A stretch of DNA of 64,000 bases from the human T2T-CHM13v2.0 reference genome, Homo sapiens (GCF_009914755.1 NC_060940.1), one strand, 5' to 3'; numbered from the stretch's first letter, positions 27,150 through 41,616 are shown. The notes: generated by a model not told the origin, from the sequence alone. Program-made: numbers and translations.

Positions 27150-27622
27150 GCATAGCAGCTCCTGCTGGTGCTGATGTTCTAGCCTTGTGCCTTCACATCC
27201 CTATTTTTGTGCATTCCAGTTGACTCCCTGAGGCTGAACTGCATCTTTGTCCGTGGGCCACCCACAGGCTTCCAGGACACACCCACATATGAGCACAGGG
27301 TGGGCTGGAAGTGCCCTGGAATTGACTGCCCTCGTTACCAACCCGGGACAGCAGCCCTACCCAATGACTCACAGGTGTAGGGGTATAGAAACCCCACCTC
27401 CCTTGCCTTCTTGGCCAGGATAATTCTGAGGCATGGCTTTCCATCTGTTCCTCACAGGACTGTCAGTCACCTACTGGCTTGATAACAGATCCCGTAGGGG
27501 CTGACTCTCTTTCCTCAAATTGATTGCCCATTCCTTTGCCGATGGCCCTACAACTTCCAAATATATTTTATATTCTCAAACTCCTATCAGAGAATGCTTC
27601 TGGAGAAACCCCAGCTAAGAGA
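27150..27622 (+). mobile_element. LTR16-type ERVL LTR
   Basis: gggctggaagtgcc...gcagccctacccaatgac...ggataattctgaggcatg...tgcttctggagaaaccccagctaaga. Confidence 0.65.
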
Positions 27623-28652
27623 TTATATTTGTATCCGTGGCATAATTAGTATTTAAGGGTTGATAGTAAAATTTGTAAGCAACATTTAAATTATCAAGAA
27701 AATATTGTCTTTAAAAAATTGCATATGATCTAACAGATAATTTTATTAACTGGAACGCTAAGCAAAGCACAGGAATTCACAGTTGTTTGTCACCAGGCAC
27801 AAACATTTCTTATACACTGGATAATACATTAATGTCTGATAGTCAAACTCCTAATCCACTTCCTAAAAACAGCCCAAATATTAGGGTTTCATGGACCCCT
27901 AGTGAATTAGCTGTTTCATCCTCTCTATTCTCGCAACATTTGATTAGTATTTCTGAAACAGCTTGCACCATGCTGCACTGTAATTTATCGGTTTACATAG
28001 GTGTGTGTGTTTCCTAGACTATTTCCTGAGTTCCTGAAAAGTACAGATCAAGTCTCATTTGCCTTTGTCATTTCCACACCACATTCTGGACTTGCCACAT
28101 TATTGGCTGTAATATTGATTTGCTGGGAAAAGAAAAAGAATAAATGAATGAAATAAAAGGCACCAGTCCTGTCCAATAGACCATATTATGTGTCCTCAAG
28201 GACTAAGGCTGTTTTATGTATCATCAAAATCACTCCAGCACTATGCAGAGATCATACTAAACAATTAAGGCTTAGTGTTGAAAACTAAGTGACTGAGTGA
28301 ATGAATAAATGAATTAGTGAATGAATAATTAGTGAAGCATATTGCCAACACCAGGTTGTTTTTGAGCAATTATTGCTAAATCCAACTTACTCTTTACTTT
28401 TTTGGTAGAATGTAGCTTAGCTTGGTTGTGATAATGTTTTGTTAATCAAATAACAATATAAGTTAATTTAGACTAATAGTTTTGGCTCCTCAGCATGATT
28501 TTAAAACTTGACTTTGTCATCCATCATACTGGATATTTCTTCTAGCTTTGTATCAGTCATAAACGTAGCCAATCTTCCCTCATATCACTGTAATGGAGAC
28601 TTTTGCCGGCTCAGTCCATGGCTTACTTAGGGGTACAATCAGCCATGTAGGC

Positions 28653-28893
28653 CAGGAATTGGAAAACCATGGCCTATGAGTCAAATCAGGCCTGCAGCTT
28701 GTTTTTGTAAATAAAGTTTTATTGGAACACAGCCACATTTATGTGGTACATACTGTCTGTGGCTGCTTTCACACCTCATTGTGTGAAATTCTATAATGAC
28801 AGAATCGAGTCATAGTTGTGACAGAGACCATATGGCCTGTAAAGTTTAAAATATTTACTATCTGGTCCTTTACAGAAAAATTTTGCTGATGCT
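28653..28893. mobile_element. MER58A hAT-Charlie MITE
   Basis: gtttttgtaaataaagttttattggaacacagccac...aaaatatttactatctggtcctttacagaaaaa. Confidence 0.85.
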
Positions 28894-29106
28894 TGTATTA
28901 GTCTGTTCTCACACTGCTATAAAGAACTACCTGAAACTGGGTAATTTACGAAGAAAAGAAGTTTAATTGACTCATACATAGTTCTACAGGCTATACAGGA
29001 AGCATGGCTGAGGAGGCCTCAGGAAATGTACAATTGTGGCAGGAGGCAAAGGGGAATTAAAATTCAACATGAGATTTGGGTGGGGTCACAGACCCAAACC
29101 ATATCA
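28894..29106 (-). mobile_element. Internally deleted THE1D solo LTR
   Basis: TGTATTAGTC...CCATATCA ends; TSD ATGCT/ATCCT; central part missing at a GGGGA junction (29051-29056). Confidence 0.85.
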
Positions 29107-31511
29107 ATCCTTGATTTAGATGATAAATCTAACAGTGAACTACATGCCACCGTCTTGTGCATAAGGCCTCCCCTGAGCCTTGTTATGTGCCCTGTTGAAA
29201 TCAAGATACATTGTGCTCTTACCTCTGTCATTGAAGTAACATTATCAAGGAGGCAAGTGCAATTTTATAGTACAAATGCCTCTAGTGAACCCAACGGATT
29301 TCTAGTGATCAATACATTAGGAAACAAAATGTTCACTGAACATATATGTGATCCTTGTTTTGGGAATTCTATCCCTGTGATAGTGAGCCTGGGGTTAACC
29401 ATTCTGTGCTGGAAAAGACTTGGAAAAAATGAGGAGTGAACCTCTTTTTCACTTCTCTAGCATTCTTCTCTATCCCATTCCCACAAATGGAGACCCTTTG
29501 GTGCTAGATTAAGCTAATGGTTGGCTTTATCTCCCTGGATCACAGTTTTGTCATCTATAAGATATTAGTTTTCAGAGTTAATATGAGGATCAGATGAGAT
29601 AATTAGTCGCTGTAAAAATAACTATAATTACCAACATTTAGTGAATGCTTTTTGCAGACACTGTGCCAAGAAATTTTAACTTTCATTATCTCATTTAATT
29701 CTCATAAAACATAGTGAAAATTGCCCCCAGTTTACAGGCAACATACAGATATATTCATTTGTCCCTTAAGCAAGTATTCATTTTATTTATTATTCATTTT
29801 TTAACTCACAAACAAAAATTGTATATATTCATGGTGTACAACATAATGTTTTGAAATATGTTTACATTGTTGAATAGCTAAATCAAGTGAATTAACATAT
29901 GAATTACGTCACATATTTATTTTGGTGAGAATGCTTAAAATCTATTTGCTGATTTTTAAATATACAATGCGTTGTTATATGATAGATCTCTTGAATTCTT
30001 GAATGTATTCCTCTTGTCTAACTGAAATTTTGTATGTTTTTACCAACGTCTCTGCAGTCCATTACCCCCTCACCCCCAGCCCCTGGTAACCACTCTTCTA
30101 TTCTCTGCTTCTATTAATTCAGCTTTTTTAGATTCCACATACCAGTGAGATCATGTAGCCTCTGTCTTTTTGTACCTGGTTTAATTCACTTAGCATAATG
30201 TCCTGCAGGTCCATCCATGTTGTTACAAATGGCAGGGTTTCTTTCTTTTTTAAGGCCGAATAGTATTCCATTGTGTATATATACCACATTGTCTTTATCC
30301 ACTTATCCATTGATGGACATGTAGATTGGTTTTATAGCTTGGCTGTTGTGAACAATGCTGCAATGAACATGGAAGTGCAGATAGATCTTCGACATTCTGG
30401 TTTCATTTGCTTTCGATGTATACCCATTAGTGGACTGCTGGATCATATGGTAGTTCTATTTTTATTTTTTTTAGGAAACCCCATACTGTGTTCTATAAAT
30501 GGCTTTATTTATATTCCCACCAACAGAGTTTCACTTTTTTCCATATTCTTGCCAACACTTAGCTTTCATCTTTTTGGTAGTAACCAATCTAACAGGTGTG
30601 AGGTGATATCTCACTGTGGTTTTACTTTGCATTTCCATGATAATTAGTGATATTGAGCTTTTTTTTCATACATGTGTTGGTCATTTTATGTCTTCTTTTG
30701 AGAAATGTCTATCCAACATAGTAGTGGAAGTCCTAGCCAGGGTAATTAGGCAAGAAAAAGAAATAAAAAGCAGCTAAATCAGAAAGAAAGAACTTAAATT
30801 ATTTATGTTTAGAGATGACATTATCTTATATATAGAAGACTCCTAAAGACTCCACAAATAAAACTGTTGGAGGTAATATAAAAATTCAGCAAAGTGGCAT
30901 GATACAATATCAACAAAAAAATCAGTACTATTTCTATACATTAACAATGAGCTGTCTAAAAAAGAAAGCAAGAAAACACTCTCACAATAGCTACAAAAAA
31001 TAAAATACTTAGAGATAAATTTAACAAGGAGGTAAAAGATCTCTACACTGAAAACTATAAAACACTGATGCAAGAAATTGGACTAGACACAAATAAATGG
31101 AAAGATATCTTGTGTTCACGGACTGAACTAATTTATATTGTTAAAATGTCCATACTACCTAAACTGATCTCCTGATTCAGTGCAATCTCTATTAAAATTC
31201 CAATGACTCTTTTCACAGAAGTAGAAAAAAAATTCTAAAATTTATATGGAATCACAAAAGATCCTGAAGAGCCAAAGAAATTTTGAAGCATCACATTACC
31301 TGACCTTAAAATATACTACAAAGCTATAGTAATGAAAACAGCATGGTACTGGCATGAAAACATACACACATAGACCAATGGAACAGAATAGAAAGTCCAG
31401 AAATAAATCTACACATTAATGGTCAATTGATTTTTTGACAAAGATGCCAAGAACACATACTAGGGAAAAGACAGTCTCTTCAATAAAAGTTGTTAGAAAA
31501 AGTGGATATCC

Positions 31512-31822
<311 letters not shown>

Positions 31823-31898
31823 TCAAAAAGAATAAAATTGGACCCTTGCCTTACACCATATAAAAAATAATCTCAACGTACATTAAAAAGTTAATCTT

Positions 31899-32039
31899 GG
31901 CCGGGCGCGGTGGCTCATGCCTGTAATCCCAGCACTTTGGGAGGCTAAGGTGGGTGGATCACGAGGTCAGGAGTTCAAGAGCAGCCTGGCCAAGATGGTG
32001 AAACACCATCTGTACTAAAAAACCCTGTCTCTAGTAAAA
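31899..32039 (+). mobile_element. AluSg-like left monomer only
   Basis: GGCCGGGCGCGGTGG...GGCCAAGATGGTGAAAC...ACTAAAAAA, then rejoins L1. Confidence 0.85.
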
Positions 32040-32344
32040 CTACTAGAAGAAAACATGGAGAAAAAGCTCCATGATGGTAGTTTGGGCATTAGTTCTTTTG
32101 GATCTAACCCCCATAAAACACAGGCAGCAAAAGCAAAAATAGACAAATGGGATTACATCAAAGTAGAAACTTCTGCATAACCAAGAAAAAGTCAACAGAG
32201 TGAAGAGATAGCCTATGGAATGGGAGAAATTATTTGCAAATCATGCATCTAATAAAAGGTTAATATGCAAAATATATAAGAAATTCAACTCAGTAGCAGA
32301 AAACAATCAATTCAAAGAAGGGGAAATCTGAGCAAGTATTTATT

Positions 32345-32690
32345 AGGCACTACTATAAGCCAGGTACTATATCCCAAGTACTATTCTAGCACTTGGGATA
32401 CATCTTTGAACAAAACCAACAAATGTCCCTACCCTCATATATGTGGAGAGTGGAGGCAAACAATAAACAACACATACAATAATAACAAATGTATTTAATA
32501 TATTAGAAGATAATTACTGCTATGGAAAAATGAAAGTAGAACAGGGAAAGGGAGACTGAAAGTGCTGGAGATAGGTTGGGGGAGGGAAGAAGTGATCAGG
32601 GTTGGCCTCATTGAGAAGGTGATGATATCAATGAAATCTTGAAAGAAACAAGGAAGTCAGCCCCATAGACATCTGAGAGAAGAGCCTTCC
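32345..32690 (-). mobile_element. L2 remnant (host of the inverted L1)
   Basis: aggcactactataagccagg...ggcctcattgagaaggtgatg. Confidence 0.7.
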
Positions 32691-35600
32691 AGTGTCACTA
32701 GCTTTGGTTGTGGCACAACCAGGATTCCAAGTCAGCTCTGTCAGACTGCAGAACCCAAACTCACAATAACCAAGGTCAACAAATGTTAGTTCCCTGCTCA
32801 GTCCTCTCCAAGAAATGTGCTGTGAATTCCTGTTTTTTTTTTTTTTTTTTTTTTCCCTTGGCTGTTGCCTACATTCATTCTGGGCTTGCCTTGCCTCAAG
32901 CCATTCCTATAGGTCAACATGGATGTCCCATCTTTGTCTCTGATCACATGCTCTGCCTTTATTATGGGACCTTTTCAGACCTGATGGCTTCTGAGGGCCA
33001 TGGTGCTGCCTTTCTGGCTTCAATTCTTGTGTTTTCCCTGGAGTAGTTTGTGATTTCATCTCAGCAATCCTCCTTCAGAATCTTCTGGCCCTTCTAAGTC
33101 GTGTAACTATTTAGCCTACCAAACATCATGCCCATACTTTCTCTGTGTAGACAGCTGTACTTTTATCTTCTCTGTTGTTGTTTGCTCAAGAAGCCAGAGT
33201 CACTTTCTGTCACTTACAACCATAGGACTCTGATACCACGGTTTTAAAAGAATCTAATTTCTTAGGAAAGTAGTTTTTTTGGTTGTTGTAGCTTTCCAGT
33301 GCTGGTGTTTTTTCTTCCCTTATTATTAAAAATCTCAGGAAAGTAGAGTTACCTTTTTATGGCCTACTGCCCCTCTGTCACTACTAACGCCTTTCTTTTC
33401 AAACCCAGGCTTAGTCCTCAGTCACAGGTTGCTTTATTGGTTCATCGGCACCAAGAGGTTGAAACAGTCTTCAACGTAGCAACTCTCCAGACCCTCTATT
33501 TTTAGCTGAATTAGATTCCTAGCAGATGTCTGGATAGTAGACGTCTCTCTTAATTACCATAACTTGTCTGGGTGCCATTTTTGAGATCCCCAAAATAGAG
33601 ATTGAAAATAGAACCCACCTCATAGGGCTGTAGTGAAGATCAAATGCAAAAAGTGCATACAAGGACAGTTATCACAGTACTTGGCCTTGGCATGTAGTGA
33701 GGATTTCTGCGCGTCAGCTATTCCAGTTAGAGGGAGGCACTTTATTTGTGTTGGAGAGAGAGAGACAGACTGTTTCAGCTCAGCTCCACTACTCATCAGC
33801 TTCGTGATTCTGAGTGATCGCTCATACTCCCTAGGCTGTAAAGCTGGAGTGATAATAGCAATTTGAGTAGTACATGTAATAAAAAGTATAAAATAATATG
33901 TATAAAAATCCTAGAATAATAACAATTTTAGTATTAAATGAGATAAAAAGCATAAAAATGCATAAAATTATGTGAATAAAAATGTTGAAATAATATCAAC
34001 TAAGTATTGAGTCCAATAAAATGTACAAAACACAAACCCTATAATAATAAAAGCAATTTGAGTATTGAATGGGATGAGTATAAAATGAATATTAATGCTA
34101 TCAATCAAATATTAAGTAAAATAATATGTGTAAAGGGCTGAGTATGGTGTCAGACACTTTGTATAAGCACTTGAAAAATACACTCCAATGTTATTGTTGT
34201 TAATATTATTGACATTGTATTACCACACATCTCCTCACTGTTAGAACGTGTTGCTGTCAAGGTTGTCCTATGCGATAAAGCTCCTCTTTTGGGAGATACC
34301 AAGTGAGCACTTAATAATAACAATTCTGATCATGCACCATTACTCTTTAGGCATATATTTACCGTGTTAGATTGTCTTTTCTTCAACAATCTCATGAGCT
34401 CTCACATGAAAGTGGCTCCAAACAGAAATTGGCAGTCAAATTGGGATTTTACAAATTTTATCTCTAACAATATTTTTATACCAAAAGGCTAAATAGGATC
34501 TTTTAGGAATTTGAGAGTTCTCAAAGGGACTAATTTTCTCCAAAGAACTAGGTCACATAAAGGGAGAAGGGGAATGAGCATTACCCTCCAAGAAGCTATG
34601 TATATAGGAAGACAAAAATTAGTTCTATCTATTAGAGCAGATTATTTGGTTTAGAATTAAGTGAGAGAAAAATTATATACAAGTGACACCATAAGAGTAT
34701 CCTGGAGCCTGTATGGCTAGAGGGGAGTAGTTTGCTGAGAAAATAGTTATTCATCATCACCGGGTCATGGCTGTGTGCCATTATCTTTCCTTGCCCTGGA
34801 GATTCACTCTGCTCCCTTCTTGCTGCTCAGTGCCTTGGAGGCTACAGACTGCCTCACCGGGGCTCCTGGGCCCCCTGCTTCTAGTTAGGTGGCTAATGGA
34901 GAACGCTAGATGGAGCAAAGAGGGTGAGGGTACCTTGGGCTGACTGTGTCCTTTGACTTAATGTCACATGTCCGGTCGGGAGCAACTTTTCTCTATGATG
35001 CTGTCTTGCTGGACCATGAGTTTTTTGAATGAAGCTAGACTCTAAGCTCTGTGAGGAGACATTCACCAGTGTCTACTCTGTTCACCACTGTACCCCAGCA
35101 CAGTGTCTGGCCCAAAAGAGGTGCTTGATAAATATATTTCTATCAAAGGAATACACTGGGGATGCCTCACTAAATTGCATTCTAAGAAGAACCACCACCT
35201 AAACCTGCCTTGTGCACTAGCTATAAAAAGAAGCCACACTCTCTCTGAGCAGGAGTTCTTAGAAATAAAGGCTCTTAAAATTCCCATCCACAAGCTGTGA
35301 CTGCATCATATTAGTGATTTCCACTGGATTGTGCATGAGGTCCCAGATGTTTGAATCTTTTATTTTACAGCATTTGCTTTTCTGTGAGGTTCCAATTAAT
35401 TGAATTGGGAAAAGCTGTAAGCCCCGTGACAGTGGAACTATCTCTTTGACAAAACCACATGCTGTAAAGTCAAAGATTCTTCAATATCCTTTTTGTTTAG
35501 GTCCATAAGGCTGAATGACTGACTTGACTGATTTTCTTTTTTAATATGTTTGCTTTAGCAGCTAGAAATTTTGATGTCACACATATAAAGGCCACAGGGT

Positions 35601-35891
35601 CATTTGGGGAAACCCACTTAGGTGGCATGTCTTCCTAGAGCATCATAGGATAATCTGGAGGAGAATCTGAAGAATTCCTTTTGTTACATTCTAGGCTATT
35701 TTTTCCTGAGATTTGAAGATGCATTTTCTCTCTGTCATTTTCTCTCATCAAAGCCTCAATAAATGTTGTCTTTAGCAACAACCGCTCAATTCTACTGTTC
35801 TTGTGCATACTAACTCCCCCCACCCCTCACCTCTCAAACATCAGTGATATTGCATGACATAGTGCATTCCCTACCACTGATAGCCTATTTC

Positions 35892-36209
35892 TTTTTTTGT
35901 TTGCTTGCTTTTGTTTTCATTTTGTTTTTGAGACAGAGTCTCATTCTGTTGCCCAGGCTGGAGTGCGGTGGCATGATCTCGGCTCACTGCAACCTCCACC
36001 TCCAGGGCTCAAGTGATTCTCGTGCTTCAGCCTCCCCAGGAGCTAGGATTATAGGCGCTCATCACCATGCCTGGCTAATTTTTGTATTTTTAGTGGAGAT
36101 GGGGTTTCACCATGTTTGCCAGACTGGTCTCGAACTCCTGACCTTAGATGATCTGCCCGCCTCGGCCTCCCGAAGTGCTGGGATTATAGGCGTGAGCTAC
36201 CGCACCTGG
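35892..36209 (-). mobile_element. AluS SINE
   Basis: Reverse Alu dimer; TSD TG(A/G)TAGCCT(A/G)TTTC. Confidence 0.95.
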
Positions 36210-36389
36210 TGGTAGCCTGTTTCAACTCACCATATGTGAAAGTCTGCAATTGCATTTTCCTCACCCATCAGGGTGATCAGTATTCCACATCGTTCTAATC
36301 ATGTGAATCCTTGTTGTCCATCAGCTGGCAATGACTCAACAGTAGACTCTCGTTTATTTTTCCCAGGACCGCTTCTGTTTGCTAACTGC

Positions 36390-36805
36390 CCTAATTTTGG
36401 TTTCCCAGAGGTCAAGTCTGATCAGGGATTGAAGTACATGCAATTTGTTGAGAGAATGCCCTTAAGAAATAACTGAGGGAAAAGGGGAATGAAGATAGGG
36501 AAGGGAAATGCTGAGTAAAGATGTAATCACAGGTAAAGTCTAGTCTTGGCCTGATCCATGGGGGTATTCCTGCCTTAATTTGCCCCATGAAGTTGTCTTT
36601 GCTACTTGAAGCAAGGAGATTGCCAGTCATGAACTGTGGGCTGCCTCTGGTCAATGGCGTTTCCTTTGGATGAAACAGTTCTTGTCCTCCTAGGGCATAT
36701 GATGGAAATGGAGAGCACCTGTGAGCTGTTAGCAGCCAGAGTTCATAGCAACTTCACTTGACTAGTAAAGGGGCCTGGGTGGGGTGCTCAGAGCATCTGC
36801 TACAT
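36390..36805 (-). mobile_element. LTR16-like ERVL LTR
   Basis: gggaagggaaatgctgagtaaagatgt...cctgatccatggggg...cagagcatctgctaca. Confidence 0.5.
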
Positions 36806-36946
36806 TAACTTGTATGATCTCATAACAATCCTATGAGGAAGAAGTCATTATAATTATCATTTTACAGATGAGGCAACATCTTGGGTTGTGTGTCTCAGAG
36901 ACAGATCCTGAGACTAGATTTATGTGGTTTATTTAAAAAAAGTGTT

Positions 36947-39850
36947 ACCAATACTTTAGAACTTCTTACAGAAAATTCAAGCAGGTGTAAATGAAATCCT
37001 CTCTAACACATTCTATGAGAATAGCACTACCTTAATACCAAAACAAGATAAAGACATTACAAGAAAACTACAGACCCAGTATCTCTCATGAACAAAAACC
37101 CTCAACAGAATATTAGGAAATAAAATATAAAAATCTATAAAAAAAATACCACAACCAAGTAGAATTTATTGTAAGTATGCAAGGCTGGTTCAACATTCAA
37201 AAATCAATCATTGTAATCCATTATATCAATCGGTTAAAGAAGCAAAATTATATAATATCAACTGATACACAAAAAGCAGTTGACAAAATTCAACACCCAT
37301 TTATAATAAAAAATTAAGCAAACTAGGAATAGAGGGGAACTTGTTCAACTAATAAAACATATATACAAATTATTTACAGCTGATATCATACTTAATGGTA
37401 AGAAATTGGACATTGTCCTTCAACAGAATAAGGCAAGAACGCCGTTGTTTACCACTCTTATTCAGCATTGTACTGAAAGTTATAGCTACTGCAATAAGAC
37501 GAGAAAATGAAATAAAAGATATGCATGTTGAAAGGGAAAAATAAAGCTCTTTATTCACAGATGATCTGATTGTCTGAAAATCCCAAAGAATCCACGAAAA
37601 AGAAAAATCAGTCATGGGACTAATCAGTGACTATAGTAACGTTGTGAGATATAAGATTCATTTACAATAGCATTAAATTTTTTTAAATGAAGTGTTTAAA
37701 TGTAAGTAAAATAAGTACAAGCTGTATACATGGAAAACTGTAAAACACTGATAAAAGAAATCAAAGAAGATCTAAATAGATTGAGATATATTGTGCGTTC
37801 ACAGATTGGAAGACTATTTTTAAAATGTCAGTTCTTCCCAACATAACATGTATATTCAATGCAATCTCAATCAAATTCAAGCAACATATTTTGTAGACAT
37901 TGACAAAGAATTCTAAAGTTTATTAGGAAAGGCAAAAGACCTAGAATAACCAATAGAATACTGAAAAAGAAATCAACAATTGCCAGGGGTTTGAGGGAAG
38001 GAGAAAGGGTTGTGTAAGTCAAGTTTGAAAGGTTTTTTACAGTAGTGAATCTATTCTATATGGTACATTAATGGTTGATATATGACGCTATGCATTCATT
38101 AAAATTCATAAGTTTATAGTATAAAGAATGATCTTTGGTGCACGCAAATGGAAATATTTAGGAAGTTGTAAGATTCCAAGATGAAATGTAGAATGTAACA
38201 AAAGAATCTAACTGTTTCACAAATGTATAAACCAACTTTACTGAAGGGGCTGAGAGAAAAAAGAGAGAAAAAGTTGCTGATCTAAGTAACTTTGAAACGA
38301 GTGGAGTCTGTAAGATTAAGTATATAAGCACTGTCCCCTAGTTGATAAAATTGTTTCCTATAGGAGTATGGGTTAACAACTCTGAAATCTCTATTCATAG
38401 ATAGTGAAAATGTAAATCAGTGACAGATAGTAGAAGCCATCATTTCTCACTGTTGGTGCTGGAGGTTATAGACAAGCAAGGAAAGATGGCTAGAATGATT
38501 TATTAGATAGTGAATTAGAGTCAGAGACATTAGGGTGAACATACTTGGCTTAATATATAGATATGTGTATATATGTGTATACAGAGATTAGTGTATATAC
38601 ATACATGTACACATATGTATGCATACATATGTATGCAAGTATGTACACATGTATGCATGTATGTACATATATATGTATGCATATACATACGTACATACTG
38701 ATATATATTTTTTAAAAATATGTTTTGGATGATCAGTTTTGAGGTATACTGCTCCATTATCTGGTAGAATGCTTCTCAGGTGGGGTTTGATAATCCAATA
38801 TAACCTGTCAATATTGATCTGTCACTTGAGGGGTAATGACACCCCAGTAGCCATCTAACACGCAGATCTTGGCTTCTAATACAATTTTCAAATAAAAGTA
38901 ACTAGGGCTCCTTGAAGAAATTGCTGATTCTAGGACTTGGATAGCATTACACAAATGAGCTTCACAGCTTCTTGTGCCAGAAAATAAGAAAGTGATGGAA
39001 ATAAAAATGTAAAAACTGCACAATGATGGTGGTATGTTGAGGGGCACAGGATCCAGCTGAAAGAGTTCTCAATGGCCCCAGCTAGAACAATTTGTGCAAA
39101 AACTGGTGTACATTGTAGTATAGCCTGAAGTATATAGTAAATATGTATGAGTTTATGTTGATATAAACAAATGATTGAACAAATTAATAAATAGGAGACA
39201 AATCTCCCATGCAGAAGAATTCCAAATAATGTACATAGATACTTCACTTGCAAGGACGTGGATTATAATTCCCTACTCCCTAGGTGTGGGCTACAAGTAG
39301 TGACTTCCTTAAGAAGAGTACAGTATGGAGAGTGGGGAGGAGAGTAACTTTAGAGAGTGTATAGTCTTTACATATTGTAATGAAAATGACACTTTATTTC
39401 TGTGGTCTTCTTTTCTCAATTCCACACCTTTAGTTTAATTATGAGAAACATATTAGACAAATCTCAACTGAGGAGCATCCTACCGGATAATGGACCAGTA
39501 TACCTCAAAACTGGTTATCCCTAATGAAGAAAGCCTGGGAAAATGTCATAGCGAAGAGGAGCCTAGGGAGGCTTGATAACTAAATGTCATGTGGGATCCT
39601 GGATGGACTCCTGTAGCAAAAAATGAACATTAGGTGAAAATTAAGGATATCAGAATAAAGTATGGCCTTTACTTAATAATTATCTATCAATATTGAGTCC
39701 ATTATTGTGACAAATGTATCCTATTAATGAAATATGTGAATAATAGAGAAAACTGGATGTGGAGTATATGGAAATCTTGTAGTATCTTTGCAAATTTTTC
39801 TGTACATAAAACTACTCTAAAATGAAAACTTTATTATTATATTAAAAAAA
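36947..39850 (+). mobile_element. L1MD/MC-type element (ORF2 fragment plus long 3' UTR) inserted in an LTR16-like LTR
   Basis: Sense ORF2 (gcaaggctggttcaacattc, aaattcaacacccattt); 3' UTR motifs gctgatctaagtaactttg and cagatcttggcttctaatac; flanking AAAGTGTT repeats. Confidence 0.8.
38550..38710. repeat. (TATG/TACA)n compound microsatellite
   Basis: atacatacatgtacacatatgtatgcatacatatgtatgc... Confidence 0.85.
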
Positions 39851-41616
39851 AGAGAAAGTGTTTCCCGAGGAAATTGGTATGGGAGTGAAAGAAACAGAGT
39901 AGGGCAGGACAACAGGGTGAGATTTTGAGTGGAGACCCAGCCTCAGCCTGAACCTGTGCAGGAGCTCTGGAGGTAAATTGCACAGCAGACTTTATCCTGT
40001 CCATAGTTGAGGCTGTTGGACATTGATATTCCTGCACGAGTCACTGATCACAGATGCCGCTGGGGTCATAAACTCCTAGACTCTGTTTGTTTGAGCAAAG
40101 TGGCTCCAGAAGTCCATGGGTGATCTTCAGAAGAGAATAAGGTGAAAGCATGCTGAAGTGGGTGCACCATGGACACACCCAACTGATTAAGGGGATTATT
40201 CAAGGAGGTTTAGGCAGCACCTTCAGTATTCACTACCCTGAGCCACAGAGAAAATAACTCACTTACCAACAGTCACAGCACTGGCAGGTCACACAGCCAG
40301 AATTCACAGCTGGGCTACGTGGCCTAGAGCTGGCACCCAACACTACATGGTAGTATGCTGTCCTGAAGGCTCTGCAACTCTCACAAGGCTTGCAACTCTC
40401 AATGACATTGAGAATTACAATTCATGATTTCCTGCACTATTGAGGGTCTGGGAGATAACAGTGGATATGCGGATTATGTTCTGACCCAAGAAGTTCCCAC
40501 AGAGAAATCTCTGAATACCATGCAAATCTAGGAGAAAAGATATTCTGTAAATATGTATTGAATGAATGCACATTTTTAGCAAAAAATTCAGTGGATCTTA
40601 ACTAACGGTGACAAACTGGGCACTGACTTTTCAGGCTGGGGAAGAGAGAGAACTGATGGGGCTTAGCAGAATCATCATCACCATCAGAAATTGCCTCCAG
40701 CAAAAAAAGAGTCCTGTCTGACAAGCTGTGGCCATAAATGTCTATTTCCCGCATTGCCCCCAATACCAAAGGTCCACATATGTCCCATTAAACAATTTCC
40801 AAGTGACAGATCCCAGGACACCAGGCTGCCAGAAGAATCATTGCTAATGCAGGTTTTATAATCTCCACTCATGTAACATAATTGGATTAAGGCTGTTTCC
40901 CAAGGAAAGAAGCAAAATGGTGCTTAGTGTGGACAACTTTTCTTTACAAGCAAGCTGTGTGATAACAGAACAGAGATTACCATTCCTAACCACCTGCCAC
41001 CATGAACCTGGAGGATGCTTATTGTAAAAATGCCTCTTTCCTCCACCAGGGTAAGGCAAAAAAGTCAGTGCTACTGTTAGTGGAATTTATTTATGGCTCA
41101 CCTTGCTCTGTTGCTTTTGGTTTCTCGCCCCTCTGATTTCTGCTTCTGCTGCTGCTTTCTTGCTCTTATTTTGTCAAGAATCCAAAGTGTTCTGTTAGTT
41201 ACCATGTGTTAGTCAGCCTATACAACAGGCTGCTGCTGTAACAATTAACTCTGACATCTCAGTGGATTAAGTAAAACAAGGCTTATCTCCCACATGAAGT
41301 GCCTTCTCACATCTTTCTAGTTATGTTGTCTGGAACACATGGTCTGCAAGAGAGGAGAAGGGTGTTAAGGCACACTAAGTCTTCATTACCTCAGCCTGAG
41401 AGATCCACATGTCACTTCCACTCCGAGTTCTTTGGCCCTATGTAGTTGCATGGCCCCCACCTGACTGCAAAGGAGTATTCAGTTCTTTGGTGAGTGTGCC
41501 AAATTTCTAGAAGCTTGAGATTACGTTTTTGTTCCTGATCGATTGTGTTTTGAAGATAATAAGGAAGTATGAGATAGAGGCTGGTATAATAAAGTCAACT
41601 CATAATTTGTAAAAAT

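Noticed and set aside
35844-36215. ORFs with '[10 protein letters not shown]...' peptides (also near 1474, 55476, 56673 and 57273)
   Set aside because: Translations of antisense Alu sequence
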